DNA of 64,000 bases, taken from a virus. The notes under the pieces were generated by a model. That model had not been told where the DNA came from and did not search any database. It saw nothing but the letters and a program-made list of their open reading frames with translations. The stretch's first letter is position 1. The number at the start of each line of letters is the position of its first letter. Made by a program: the position numbers and the translations under genes. The stretch lies in IMG/VR virus record IMGVR_UViG_3300029258_001887. The stretch is one strand, 5' to 3'. Shown piece after piece: positions 26,987-36,867 of the stretch.

Positions 26987-28687
26987 ATGAAGAATCTCAT
27001 TTTGGGGCTACTGGTTTCTTTGTGTGTGGCTACTGTGCCGAGTACGGCGGATGCGTGTCATCACTCAATCAAATCTGTTACGCTGGAGCCGGTCACGGCT
27101 TGTCCTGGCGAAGAGGTTCAGGTTACCGTTCAGGTCGAACTTGACGGTAGGTGGTACGATGTTCGTAAGTGGAAGAGTACCAGTATCGATGGCGTCTGTT
27201 ACGATCACGATAACTATGTCAAGAACAACGGGAAGCAGACTTTTACCGAGACATTCATAATTGTTGCTCCTGACGAGTTTGGTCCTACCAGTTTGCAGAT
27301 CAAGACTTTTGCGGGCGACGACTGCACTTCCCATAGAAAGACGAAGAACGTCGATTTGAGCGTGATCTACTGTTGTCCGGTCTGCGAAGATGGGGACGAT
27401 TGCACAATCGAACAGGGCGATGGATATGTCACCATCACTTGTGGCGATGCGGTTGCCTACCTATACGACGGAGAGGATGGAGAGGACGGCCAGGACGGTG
27501 AAGATGGTGAGGATGGTGCTGATGGTGAAGATGGCGAGCAGGGGCCGCAGGGACCACAGGGAATTCCAGGTACGTCTTGTACCGTTGAGCAGGACGGACC
27601 GTGTGCTTACATCTATTGCGAAGACCAGACGAGTGCTGTGGTTTGTAATGGAGAGGACGGAGCCGATGGAGAAGATGGTGAGCAGGGACCGCCAGGAGAG
27701 CCCGGAGAAGACGGTGCTGACGGTGAATCCTGTTATGTCACTCAGGAAGGCGATTGCGCGGTAATCTATTGCGGTGGCGAGACTATGGCTACGATCTGCG
27801 ATGGTGCCGATGGCGCTGATGGCGTTGATGGCACGTCTTGCTGGGTCGAAGACCTACCTCGTAAGGCTGTCATTCACTGCGGTCGTTCCCAAGCTACCGT
27901 CTGGAATGGCCTGAGTTGCTGGGATTTGAACCAGAACCGTCGTCGTGACTTCTGCAAGCCGTGCATTCAGCAGATGTTCGACGGTGAATGTCCGACTACG
28001 TTCATTCTTGAGTATCCGTGTGAGGCTCCGACCGGGACGGTGAGCAAGGCTCGTCAGATAGCCAAGGTCTACGATGGGTCTACATGTGAGGTTGAGGTTG
28101 GCTGTGTTGAGTACATCATGAGTACGATGGACGTTGATGAAACAGCCGCTACTCAGATTTGCGACTACACCGAAGACACTAATGGTGATGGCGAGATTGA
28201 TATCCTGGACTGTCGCGGGGTCGATGGACAGGACGGCGATGATGGCCAAGACGGAGCCGATGGCCTCGATGGTGCCACTGGACCGCAAGGCCCACCTGGG
28301 CAAGACGGCGCAGATGGTGTTGATGGCCTAGATGGTGCCGATGGACAAGATGGCCCTCCTGGTCCGCAGGGGCCTCCGGGGCAAGATGGCCGCGACGGCG
28401 TTGACGGGATCGATGGCATTGATGGTGAAAACTGCGAAGTGTTCGATAATGGTGATGCAACGTGTTCGATCGTGTGTGCCGAGTCGGAGGTTCTGGTCCA
28501 GGATTGTGGTGTCGGCGCTGAGCCGCTGGAAGATATCCTGACTGGTTTCTTCCCCGAAGAGGAAGAGGTGATCGAGGAAGCGCCTAACCCTGGTGGGGTG
28601 TGTGGTGCATTCGGTGGTCTCACTGTGGTAGCCATGTTGTTACCTTTGGGTCTCATGAAGTTCCGTTCGAGGCGATACGGTGTCTGA
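26987..28687 (+). CDS. collagen-like Cys-rich cell-surface protein with signal peptide and C-terminal CG-TM-RR sorting signal
   Basis: N-terminal signal, (G-x-D/G-P-Q)n tracts, EF-hand-like DTNGDGEIDILD, C-terminus GGVCGAFGG-TM-KFRSRR. Confidence 0.8.
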   Translation: MKNLILGLLVSLCVATVPSTADACHHSIKSVTLEPVTACPGEEVQVTVQVELDGRWYDVRKWKSTSIDGVCYDHDNYVKNNGKQTFTETFIIVAPDEFGPTSLQIKTFAGDDCTSHRKTKNVDLSVIYCCPVCEDGDDCTIEQGDGYVTITCGDAVAYLYDGEDGEDGQDGEDGEDGADGEDGEQGPQGPQGIPGTSCTVEQDGPCAYIYCEDQTSAVVCNGEDGADGEDGEQGPPGEPGEDGADGESCYVTQEGDCAVIYCGGETMATICDGADGADGVDGTSCWVEDLPRKAVIHCGRSQATVWNGLSCWDLNQNRRRDFCKPCIQQMFDGECPTTFILEYPCEAPTGTVSKARQIAKVYDGSTCEVEVGCVEYIMSTMDVDETAATQICDYTEDTNGDGEIDILDCRGVDGQDGDDGQDGADGLDGATGPQGPPGQDGADGVDGLDGADGQDGPPGPQGPPGQDGRDGVDGIDGIDGENCEVFDNGDATCSIVCAESEVLVQDCGVGAEPLEDILTGFFPEEEEVIEEAPNPGGVCGAFGGLTVVAMLLPLGLMKFRSRRYGV

Positions 28688-28904
28688 GCCCAAGATCGTT
28701 GAAGTGAGTTTCGTTTTCAGGGGCAAGGATGCCTCTGAGAACGCCGAAGCCTTCATGATGCATCTTGATACTATCGATGGGATATGTCAGATAATAGAAG
28801 GTATTCGGCACTTTGGCGGCAACATAACATATATCAAAGACGACCCAGATCAGAAGTTGGTCATACTTGATGGAGATATGAGCGATGAAAAGAATCCTGA
28901 GTAG
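28680..28904 (+). CDS. hypothetical protein
   Basis: ORF track. Confidence 0.45.
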   Translation: MSEPKIVEVSFVFRGKDASENAEAFMMHLDTIDGICQIIEGIRHFGGNITYIKDDPDQKLVILDGDMSDEKNPE

Positions 28905-29026
28905 AATTCGTTTCGGACTGTGTTGTGTGTGCCACCATTTGTTCCACCAGCCGTGGAGTGTACCAGCTATCTTCATGGCAATTGGTGTTATGTTCACCTT
29001 GCTGGTGATATTTTTGGTGCTCTGAT

Positions 29027-29281
29027 ATGATATCCGAAGACGGAGACAAAAGGCGTAGAGCGGACAAGATCGTTATGGACCTGTGTTTCAGGATCGAGCG
29101 AATGTGTCGTTACTCGCCGCTAGACGACGAAGAGGTAGACAGACAATCCATGCAGGATCGCAAGATGGTTAGAGGACTCTACTACCTCTACAAAAACAAG
29201 GAAGGTGATGACCAAGAGGCAGCCGCCAGGAAGGCACGAGCTAATGCCATTCGGTTGGTTTTGAACGAGGTGTTGACTTGA
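29027..29281 (+). CDS. hypothetical protein
   Basis: ORF track. Confidence 0.45.
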   Translation: MISEDGDKRRRADKIVMDLCFRIERMCRYSPLDDEEVDRQSMQDRKMVRGLYYLYKNKEGDDQEAAARKARANAIRLVLNEVLT

Positions 29282-30087
29282 AACCAGACTGGTTGATCCA
29301 AACGAACATGGAAGGTGTGGACACCGGTCCTATGATGGCTGAGGTTCTGCGCCAAGGAATGCAGGTTCGCAGGATAGAGCATCGACCTGGAGCCCAGGTT
29401 GACTTTGATGGATACGACCCTCACGATTGCATCGTCTGTTACGGCGACATCGATTTTGTGCGGCAAGTTTATCAAAGGGCACCGTTCATCCCAGGTGCTT
29501 GGTGTAATTTCAATCACATGAAATGTAGTACCTATTATGCGCATCTAGGTGAGCACTTACTGAATCAACAATATATGATGATGCCAGTCGGCGACCTATT
29601 GAGACGGTGGGACAAGCTGATTACATACGCCCCCGACCAATCATGGTTTGTACGACCAGACAGTGGTGCTAAGCCTTTCACGGGATATGTAGTCGCACCA
29701 GGAGACAAGCACAAAATCCAAACGCTGATCGAAGCGGTTGGTCCAGACACCTTGATAGTAGTGGCTCCAGAGAAATCAATCACAGCGGAGTGGAGATTTG
29801 TCATCTGCAACGGGAGAGTCGTGGCCGGTTGTCAATACCTCCCGGAAGAGTCGCCGCATTATCCCACCCTTGCTTTGTGTCTGGCCATAAAAATCGGAGA
29901 ACACCAATGGCAACCAGACCTGTGCTACACTGTCGATATAGCGGAATCAGACGGGCAGATGCATCTACTGGAAATCAATAGCTTTAGCTGTGCAGGTCTT
30001 TATGACTGTGACTTGGAGGCTATTATCAGGTGCGCCAGCAAGGTGGCCGAAGAGGAATGGAATGACTACTGCGCCCCAACCTGTTAA
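29278..30087 (+). CDS. ATP-grasp domain protein (R2K/DUF4343-like)
   Basis: FVRPDSGAKPFTG, EWRFVI, TVDIA, LLEINSFSCAGLY. Confidence 0.8.
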   Translation: MKPDWLIQTNMEGVDTGPMMAEVLRQGMQVRRIEHRPGAQVDFDGYDPHDCIVCYGDIDFVRQVYQRAPFIPGAWCNFNHMKCSTYYAHLGEHLLNQQYMMMPVGDLLRRWDKLITYAPDQSWFVRPDSGAKPFTGYVVAPGDKHKIQTLIEAVGPDTLIVVAPEKSITAEWRFVICNGRVVAGCQYLPEESPHYPTLALCLAIKIGEHQWQPDLCYTVDIAESDGQMHLLEINSFSCAGLYDCDLEAIIRCASKVAEEEWNDYCAPTC

Positions 30088-30580
30088 GATAGAACTCCAG
30101 TGGTCGGAACTCATGAGTGCCGCGATGGTCGGTGTTATGAGGCAGGTATCGAATCTCAAAAAGAAGCGTACCGATAGGTATAATTGTCCGATTAGTAGGG
30201 GTTGGGAATTCCATATCCTTGGGGCTATTGGCGAAGCGGTTTTCGCCAAATGGCGAAATCTCTATTGGTGTGGCTCGCTGGGCAACTTTGATGCTGCTGA
30301 TGTCGGCAAGTATCAGGTTCGCACGAGAAGCGAAGAGTGGCACAACCTGATTGTCCACAAGGAAGATAATGATGATGATATTTTTGTTATGGTAACGGTG
30401 CATGGCGATGAGCACACACTGTGTGGCTGGCTTCGGGGAAGTGAGTGTAAACAAGACGAGTGGTGGGATGATCCGTCGAAGAGGAATGGAAAGAAATCTC
30501 GCCCCGCTTATTTTGTGCCACAGTCGGCATTACACGACATGAAGGAACTGGTTGATGAACCGCAAGCTGCAAGCACTTGA
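30062..30580 (+). CDS. PD-(D/E)xK-like phage protein
   Basis: GAIGEAVFAK..ADVG..QVRT..YFVPQSAL. Confidence 0.55.
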   Translation: MTTAPQPVKIELQWSELMSAAMVGVMRQVSNLKKKRTDRYNCPISRGWEFHILGAIGEAVFAKWRNLYWCGSLGNFDAADVGKYQVRTRSEEWHNLIVHKEDNDDDIFVMVTVHGDEHTLCGWLRGSECKQDEWWDDPSKRNGKKSRPAYFVPQSALHDMKELVDEPQAAST

Positions 30581-30792
30581 TCTCGAATATTCCGAGTGGT
30601 GTCACGAACTCTTGTAGGATGGGATGGACCCCATAGATTTCCTGCGAATATTGAACCAGTATCAGTTTGTTTGGGAGGCATGTCGTCGTAGATGTGCCAA
30701 CCTGTGTGTACAGCGTGGTCTCGTTGGTGTGGCGCGGGACATTATGACGAACGAAGACGGGACCATCGCTAAAGACTGGAAGGACTAAGGGT

Positions 30793-31242
30793 ATGTTTGG
30801 TAAGAAGAAGCAGGAATACGATTTTTACCTTGGTGGACCCATGCGTGGCTATCCAGAATTGAACAAGAAGATGTTTGCACTGATCGCACATATGCTGCGT
30901 GCAAAGGGTTTCACCGTCTGGAGTCCATCAGAGCATGAGAGCTATCTTAAGCTGTCGTTCGGACAATGCATGACCGCCGACCTGAACGCAGTAATCAATG
31001 ATTGTCGCAAGATAGCTTTGCTTCCTGGGTGGCGTGATTCGCTCGGTGCGAACATGGAAGCGTTCTCCGCATTTGCGTGTGGGAAGGAAGCTGTTGAGGT
31101 GGTACCGAATGAGGACAAGACCGATTTCGATCTTGCTCCCCTCACCCTCACTCAGTACCGGTTGCCGTATCAGACGGGGGAGACTCGTCAGTTCGACCCA
31201 CATCGCTGTGGTCTGAACTCGTTTGAGCCGGACGAAGAATAG
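30793..31242 (+). CDS. DUF4406/nucleoside 2-deoxyribosyltransferase-like protein
   Basis: YLGGPMRGYPELN..SP..C..IALLPGW..SLGA..E. Confidence 0.75.
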   Translation: MFGKKKQEYDFYLGGPMRGYPELNKKMFALIAHMLRAKGFTVWSPSEHESYLKLSFGQCMTADLNAVINDCRKIALLPGWRDSLGANMEAFSAFACGKEAVEVVPNEDKTDFDLAPLTLTQYRLPYQTGETRQFDPHRCGLNSFEPDEE

Positions 31243-31423
31243 GGGCTATATGAGCCTCGTACATATAGCGCAAACGCTGTTTATCGCTGAATGCTATACA
31301 CACAGCGAGGAAGGCAAGGATGCCTACGGTGATACATCGCTTGTTGTTCATCATACCACCTTCGCCAGAAGCATAGCATCTTTTTGAACTCTCGCCAGAA
31401 TAGTCGGAGCCAGTCCTCGACCA

Positions 31424-31729
31424 TTACATCTCCCCCTCCGCTTTGTTGGGTTTATCGTCATCGTCTTCTTGCGGCGGCTGATTTTCCAGCAGACTTTTCA
31501 GCCTGTCTCTTTCCCTTCTAGTTGCCTCCAGGTCAAACAATAGATACTTGAGACAGATACGAAGGTCATTGAGCGACCTGGAAATCTTGCCCACGTCTTC
31601 CTTGATCTGTTTGTGTCTCGCCTTGGTTTCCTCGACCAATGGGGCTAGCTGCTTTTGCTTGTCTGCTGGCAGGTTAGCAATTTCACGGATCAATTCCCTC
31701 AGTTTTTTGTTGAATGCTTCTTCGTCCAT
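31424..31729 (-). CDS. planctomycete-type small coiled-coil protein (FDLEATRRE family), copy 2
   Basis: LRICLKYLLFDLEATRRERDRLK. Confidence 0.75.
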   Translation of the reverse strand: MDEEAFNKKLRELIREIANLPADKQKQLAPLVEETKARHKQIKEDVGKISRSLNDLRICLKYLLFDLEATRRERDRLKSLLENQPPQEDDDDKPNKAEGEM

Positions 31730-31732
31730 GGC

Positions 31733-31819
31733 TTAGCCATCCTTTCTTGAATCCCACACTACCTCCAAAGCTGGAGCGACCTTTAGTCTCCCAAACTGCT
31801 GTCCGGTTAAATCAATCAT
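31733..31819 (-). pseudogene. remnant N-terminus of a homing endonuclease
   Basis: MIDLTGQQFGRLKV then stop after 28 aa; GGTGTATAAG upstream at 31859-31868. Confidence 0.55.
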
Positions 31820-31851
31820 TTGCGATCACCTTTTGCACCTTTTGTGTGGTC

Positions 31852-32289
31852 CTACTGTCTTATACACCCCGAGTAGTCGGTAGCTAGGTTTTCCCACTTG
31901 TCGATCGAGTTGTCTGCTTCCGAGTGGCAGTCCTTACAGAGATAAAGCAAAAAAAACGGTCGAGAATGATCCGGGTGGTGGGCTTCGATGTGGTCCTCAG
32001 ACCCGCAGAATTCGCATTCTGTCAATGGAATGAGTTTACCCGATTTCACAGCTTGACGCACAAGGTAGCGGGCGTGGGCCTTCTCCGGGTACTTTTCCTT
32101 GTCTCGGCGGGTGTGGGCTGCGTTGGTCGTGGTGGGCTCACAGCGGCGTTCTTCGTTGGTCAGCTTGGATGCGCATGAACGACAACAGGTGTGTTGCTTG
32201 CCTAGCTTCTCGGTCTGATTGATGCGCTTGACCGCTTTCTCAAACGTTTTCCCACACCAGGCGCAAGTAACTGTCTTGGTTTCAGCCAT
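31852..32289 (-). CDS. Zn-finger/HNH-like protein
   Basis: CAWCGK..CCRSC; CEFCG..EAHHPDH..LCKDCH. Confidence 0.7.
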   Translation of the reverse strand: MAETKTVTCAWCGKTFEKAVKRINQTEKLGKQHTCCRSCASKLTNEERRCEPTTTNAAHTRRDKEKYPEKAHARYLVRQAVKSGKLIPLTECEFCGSEDHIEAHHPDHSRPFFLLYLCKDCHSEADNSIDKWENLATDYSGCIRQ

Positions 32290-32290
32290 A

Positions 32291-33208
32291 CTACCACCTT
32301 TCCCACCTCTTTTTGTATCCTTCCGCATAATCGACAAAACGTTGGTCACAACGTATGGTATGGGCTACGATCTCGTGGTATATGGCCCGTATTTGTTTGA
32401 CTGGTGCATTTGCAGGGAGATCGGTGTTTTCTACCGCCTGATCCGCTCTTGCTTTAGCGTCTTCGTATAGTTCTGTCACCCTATCGAATGGTAGTTCTCC
32501 ACGTTTGATCATCGAGAGTCGCTCAGCCTGGGGTCGAGGGAACGTAAGCTTGCCTGTTTGCATGAGTTCTCTTAGTTGTTCCAGGAGTCGGATGGTATGA
32601 CACGCACTGGACGTGCAATAGCCATGGCGTTCAATCTGGGCCTTACGCTTCGCCCCCAGTTTGCGTCTGGCTGGTCGGGTTTCTCTGGGATGTTGCAGGA
32701 AGAGCAGGCGTATGATTTCATCCATCTCTTCCTTTTGTGGGTGGAAGACTGCGCGGATATCCTCGACTACTTCGTCTTCGTCGGGAGTGCGCTTGATCGG
32801 AACGAGTTGTGTTCCTGTAACCTTGCGCCATTCGGATTGTGCATACCCGCCTATGCGACGGGCGAACCGTTTACAGGCGAACAGTTCCCTGCTGCGAAGC
32901 AAAGCACCACCTATGTCGGTGCGTTCGATGATGTTGGTTTCTGGAGCGAACAGGATTTCATAACAAACCGGGTCTCCCATGATCAGCAGTTCCATGAATC
33001 GTTGCAGGGAGTAGATTACTGTGTCTGGTTCTCTTATGACTCGATGCTGGAATCGGCCCAGACCAGCGAGATATTCGAATGGGGGTACCACAAAGCCGCG
33101 ATAGTCGTAATCGCTCTCTGGGGTGCTTGTTCCATACAGTCGAGACCCGGCCATTATCAGAAGGTCTGGATTATCTAATGCTCGATTAAGTTCGTTTTCT
33201 TGAGTCAT
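32291..33208 (-). CDS. Pol-beta superfamily nucleotidyltransferase (RlaP-like)
   Basis: GSRLYGTSTPESDYDYRG; H..RLL; IKRG. Confidence 0.85.
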   Translation of the reverse strand: MTQENELNRALDNPDLLIMAGSRLYGTSTPESDYDYRGFVVPPFEYLAGLGRFQHRVIREPDTVIYSLQRFMELLIMGDPVCYEILFAPETNIIERTDIGGALLRSRELFACKRFARRIGGYAQSEWRKVTGTQLVPIKRTPDEDEVVEDIRAVFHPQKEEMDEIIRLLFLQHPRETRPARRKLGAKRKAQIERHGYCTSSACHTIRLLEQLRELMQTGKLTFPRPQAERLSMIKRGELPFDRVTELYEDAKARADQAVENTDLPANAPVKQIRAIYHEIVAHTIRCDQRFVDYAEGYKKRWERW

Positions 33209-33561
33209 GTGATTTTCATTCGCTGCATGAGGGTCTTGACCTTTTCGGCGCATTGCTTGTGGTCTTCGATGTACATTTCCATGAAGTCGCTTGGATCGAG
33301 TGGGGCTTGTGCTTCATAGGCGTAATCTATAAAGCGTGCTTCGGGCAGGATTTCGATGATGTGTTGTTTGATAATCTCTATCTGACGACCGGGTTGGGCC
33401 TCGATTATGGCTGGCTTAGATGGTACTGGTTGGCCGTTGTCCTTGGCGAACTGGCACGATGCAACGTACACTCTTTCCATGGCTGCTAGCTCTGAAATGA
33501 GCAGCCATCGCTGGACCAGAAAGTCGAGCAACAGTTTGCGGTTGCTTCCTTGTGTGATCAT
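33205..33561 (-). CDS. hypothetical protein
   Basis: GGAG RBS; ATGA coupling. Confidence 0.55.
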   Translation of the reverse strand: MITQGSNRKLLLDFLVQRWLLISELAAMERVYVASCQFAKDNGQPVPSKPAIIEAQPGRQIEIIKQHIIEILPEARFIDYAYEAQAPLDPSDFMEMYIEDHKQCAEKVKTLMQRMKIT

Positions 33562-33573
33562 TTTGTGTCTCCG

Positions 33574-33843
33574 TTAGCTCTTGACTTCAGTTTTCATTTC
33601 ATCGACACAATCTACGGCAAGACCCCAAAGGTCAGATGCACGCCCTATGATTACGTCAAGGCCAAAGCTGCGACGTATCTTTTGATATTCTCCCTCGACG
33701 GATGTTTCAACCAACATGGACACAAATAGAGTACCCTGGAAGTATGTGCTTTTGAGCACCCAGTGTTTGGGGGAGTTGACCCACAGCATGTTCTCGAACC
33801 GCTGTACGAGTTGAGGCTTCGATGTTTTAGCCATCTCCATCAC
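33574..33843 (-). CDS. hypothetical protein
   Basis: ORF track. Confidence 0.5.
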   Translation of the reverse strand: MMEMAKTSKPQLVQRFENMLWVNSPKHWVLKSTYFQGTLFVSMLVETSVEGEYQKIRRSFGLDVIIGRASDLWGLAVDCVDEMKTEVKS

Positions 33844-34279
33844 GCTTCCTCCACTGTTCGTGCCACTCGTCGGGGTGGCTATCGTAGTGTTGTATTAGGT
33901 ATGCTAGATACATCAGACTTTCACTGACAGATGGGGCAAGGCTTTGGCCGAGCGCGTATATCTCAGCGATCGTGAACCATCCTACCCCTACGATGTCGTC
34001 ACAGGCTGGCCTTGGTTTCCCAGACCACTGTTGACAATAAAAAACCTGGACGCGATATTTGCCTAGGCGTGTACCACACAGCTTTCTGAATTGTCCTCCC
34101 TCAAGTCCCACTTCTTCTTTTAGCTCTCGGGCGGCTGTGTCGAGAGGTGTCTGATCTTCTGGGTCCGCTTTGCCACCGGGGAAAACCCAGGTGCCGCTAG
34201 CGGTGTCGGACATCGATCTCTGAGCTAACAGAAATCGGTCATCCTGTCTGAGAATGGTCCAGACAACCTCGACAGTCAT
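33827..34279 (-). CDS. Nudix hydrolase (MutT-like)
   Basis: Nudix box GGKADPEDQTPLDTAARELKEEVG. Confidence 0.9.
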   Translation of the reverse strand: MTVEVVWTILRQDDRFLLAQRSMSDTASGTWVFPGGKADPEDQTPLDTAARELKEEVGLEGGQFRKLCGTRLGKYRVQVFYCQQWSGKPRPACDDIVGVGWFTIAEIYALGQSLAPSVSESLMYLAYLIQHYDSHPDEWHEQWRKRDGDG

Positions 34280-34336
34280 AGTCGCCCCCTTTCACGACGA
34301 AGTGAGGACTTCCGTAGTTATTATACACCATTCAGA

Positions 34337-34909
34337 TTACCGATCGTCGCCGTCGCCGTGCAGCGTCCCCCTTTGTTTGCGCCCAGTGAGGTTTTCGATG
34401 TTGGCGACGTAGATTTCTTCCAGAGTAAAATCACACCTGCGGGCGATTTCTTCTACGCATGAGATAATGTGGGAAAGGTGGTTGGGGAGTTCGGTAAACT
34501 GACCCCTCTCGTGTGGTCTGCCACCGAATTGATAATACCATCTTTGCAGTGCATCGGCTACTGCGACGGCGTGTTGATTCATATGCAGTACCAGTTGTGG
34601 GAAAGCAAGTAAACGAATCTGATGCAGGATAGATGCGCCTCTCATCTCGTACATCATGCTGAGATCGAGATCGGTGTCGCAGCAGATGTTGGCGAGATAC
34701 CAGCAGCAGTCGCCGAGTTCTTTGCCGATAGCGGCCCTCCGCTTGTCGGTCATATCCCAGTTGCCATCGCGGATAAGCTTCTTGACTTTTTCGGATACCT
34801 CACCACACTCCCCAACGATACCAAGAGCAGGATAGATCAACCTGCTACTTTCTACTTCCAGGTAAATAGCGGTGCTCCGAGCCCTCTCCTGGTATTCATA
34901 CAAATCCAT
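34337..34909 (-). CDS. MazG-like NTP pyrophosphohydrolase
   Basis: YQERARSTAIY..LGIVGECGEVSEKVKK..KELGD..WY; NIENL..R..RG..GDGDDR. Confidence 0.85.
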   Translation of the reverse strand: MDLYEYQERARSTAIYLEVESSRLIYPALGIVGECGEVSEKVKKLIRDGNWDMTDKRRAAIGKELGDCCWYLANICCDTDLDLSMMYEMRGASILHQIRLLAFPQLVLHMNQHAVAVADALQRWYYQFGGRPHERGQFTELPNHLSHIISCVEEIARRCDFTLEEIYVANIENLTGRKQRGTLHGDGDDR

Positions 34910-34910
34910 A

Positions 34911-35621
34911 TTATTCTTCTCCGTTCTCTTCCTCTGACACTTCGTGTTTGCCAAGCTTCATGGTTGGTTGCCACTTGGCGTTCTGGGTGTCTGTTGCATA
35001 ATACTTGTATGGATCATCCAGAGTTTCGAGCACCCAGTCGGCCAGCCCTTGGTTAACGGCATCTTCGGCGGTGAATATGGTATCGTGCGAACAGAGTTCC
35101 TCGATCTTTTTCATTGTGATGCGAGGCTTGGCAGGCTTCATGCGGCTGAAGTAGATTTCATACATACGTTGCCGTAGTTTTGTGGTGAATTTGGCCCATG
35201 CCTCCACGGATTTGCATGTGCCATTGAGGGCCTCGAATCCGTCGTGTATCATGAATGTGCAATGTGGGGCAACAATGCGGGAGTCGCACGCCTGGATAAT
35301 AATAGACCCCATGCTCATAGCATGTCCCCAGCAGATGCCGTAAACATGAGCCCTAGAAGCTCTGATAGCGTCATACATTGACATACCGTGATACCAGTCA
35401 CCGCCCAGGTTGTTCATGTGTACCACAATTGGCTGAGCAGAGATTCTGTTCAGATGAGTGATTGCTTTGAGGAAAAACTCCGACATCTGGCAATCCGTGC
35501 CCGATTCGCCACTCTCATGGGTCATCTCGGCATCATGCGATCCCACATGAATCATTCTCTTGGATGAAAGATAGCTGTAATCAAACCATCGGTCTATGTC
35601 TTCCTTTACGTAGTTTGCCAC
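34911..35621 (-). CDS. clpP: ClpP-like serine protease subunit
   Basis: NNLGG..YDAI..GHAMSMGS..FMIH..HD..AEDAV..GLAD (Ser-His-Asp triad pattern). Confidence 0.8.
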   Translation of the reverse strand: MANYVKEDIDRWFDYSYLSSKRMIHVGSHDAEMTHESGESGTDCQMSEFFLKAITHLNRISAQPIVVHMNNLGGDWYHGMSMYDAIRASRAHVYGICWGHAMSMGSIIIQACDSRIVAPHCTFMIHDGFEALNGTCKSVEAWAKFTTKLRQRMYEIYFSRMKPAKPRITMKKIEELCSHDTIFTAEDAVNQGLADWVLETLDDPYKYYATDTQNAKWQPTMKLGKHEVSEEENGEE

Positions 35622-36661
35622 TACTCCAACCTTTCCTTACCAGTCTTGTTCATGTAGAAAAGACTGTCAAACATTCTCTGTGCATCTCCCTGATCGGCTA
35701 CGATATGAGGAATACCGTGCCATTGTAGGAATGCGTGGATTCGTTCGGCGATTTCGTGTATCTCTCCGATACTATGAAAGCGGATACCATTTTCGACAAG
35801 GTGCTTGGGTCGCAGATAGATAACACTACGGTATCCTTCGATGTCTTCAAGCACCCGCTTGTACAGCTTTGCCAAGTGGATGCGGAACTGAGCATCCATC
35901 CGTCCCCGATGATGGAACATCATATAGACATACGACAGGAACGTAGGACAGTCTGATATGACAATATTGGCTTTGGATGCTGCGTTTTCTTCTCTTGCCC
36001 GCTGCGAATACCACAGCATGAATTGGTCCATTGCGTCGGGGTGGCGATCATACTTTTGGATGAAAGACGTGGCGTACTCAAGCACATGGAATGAGTTGGC
36101 GCGAAGACGTGTGTTGAGTAGATGGCTTAGTTCTTTGGCTGTTTCGGTTTTGCCAGAACTAGGTGCTCCGCAGATGCCGATCTTCTGTCTAAAGAAATCC
36201 CAAGCCGCTAACGGACATTCCTGTAGCTCAACACCGAAGATTTCCCCGGTAGTCGGAGGCATTCTGCCATTCGTGGATTCGATTTCTAACACAGCGATTT
36301 TCATCGGGGCTTCGATGGTGTCGAGTGTCACGATGAATCCTGTACCCGTTGTGCGGAGATGGTATCGTTTCTTGATGACCTGTAGCTTGCTGTCAGCGGT
36401 GAGAATAGCAGCGGTTTCTGGGTCAATGTTGCGGTTTTCCTCAATTCTCCGTCCGCTGCTTTTGTCGCCGCCTTTTCGTGTGAGTTGTCGCACGCTGACA
36501 CCGGGGGTTTCCCTGGTGGTGCAACGAACGCGGAGATTGGGACTCAAGTAATCGTCCTGTATGTTGACGGTTAACCCCTCGATTTGGGCACCAAGGAAAT
36601 TGACAATATGGGGGATGCTTTCGTGCGGGAATACGTAGGATCGTTCGAGTTCAACTGTCAT
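35621..36661 (-). CDS. CYTH-like domain fused to a NadR/AAA_28-type P-loop kinase
   Basis: N-terminal ELER..LRVR..KKRY..LEIE; C-terminal ICGAPSSGKT, EYA, ISD. Confidence 0.7.
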   Translation of the reverse strand: MTVELERSYVFPHESIPHIVNFLGAQIEGLTVNIQDDYLSPNLRVRCTTRETPGVSVRQLTRKGGDKSSGRRIEENRNIDPETAAILTADSKLQVIKKRYHLRTTGTGFIVTLDTIEAPMKIAVLEIESTNGRMPPTTGEIFGVELQECPLAAWDFFRQKIGICGAPSSGKTETAKELSHLLNTRLRANSFHVLEYATSFIQKYDRHPDAMDQFMLWYSQRAREENAASKANIVISDCPTFLSYVYMMFHHRGRMDAQFRIHLAKLYKRVLEDIEGYRSVIYLRPKHLVENGIRFHSIGEIHEIAERIHAFLQWHGIPHIVADQGDAQRMFDSLFYMNKTGKERLE

Positions 36662-36867
36662 TGGCTGTTTCCTTCGGTAGTGACGGTAGGTCACAATAAC
36701 GGCATTTCTCTGCGTTCCCTTCTTTCCCATAACAGTATGGGCATAGCGTTTTCAGTGGGTGAGTAGCTGCATGGACGGTCAAGATAATCTCCGTACACTG
36801 TTCACAGATGCAGACACCACCCCACACCTGATGCATATTGGTTGTTGGCTTGAGCTTTCCGCAGGCG

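Noticed and set aside
26987-28687. Collagen tail fibre
   Set aside because: It has a signal peptide and a C-terminal membrane anchor and lies outside the structural module
8208-36661. NAD+ reconstitution pathway from isochorismatase, PRTase and NadR-like domain
   Set aside because: The genes are dispersed, and no Nampt, NMNAT (HxGH) or PRPP-synthetase-like gene is recognisable
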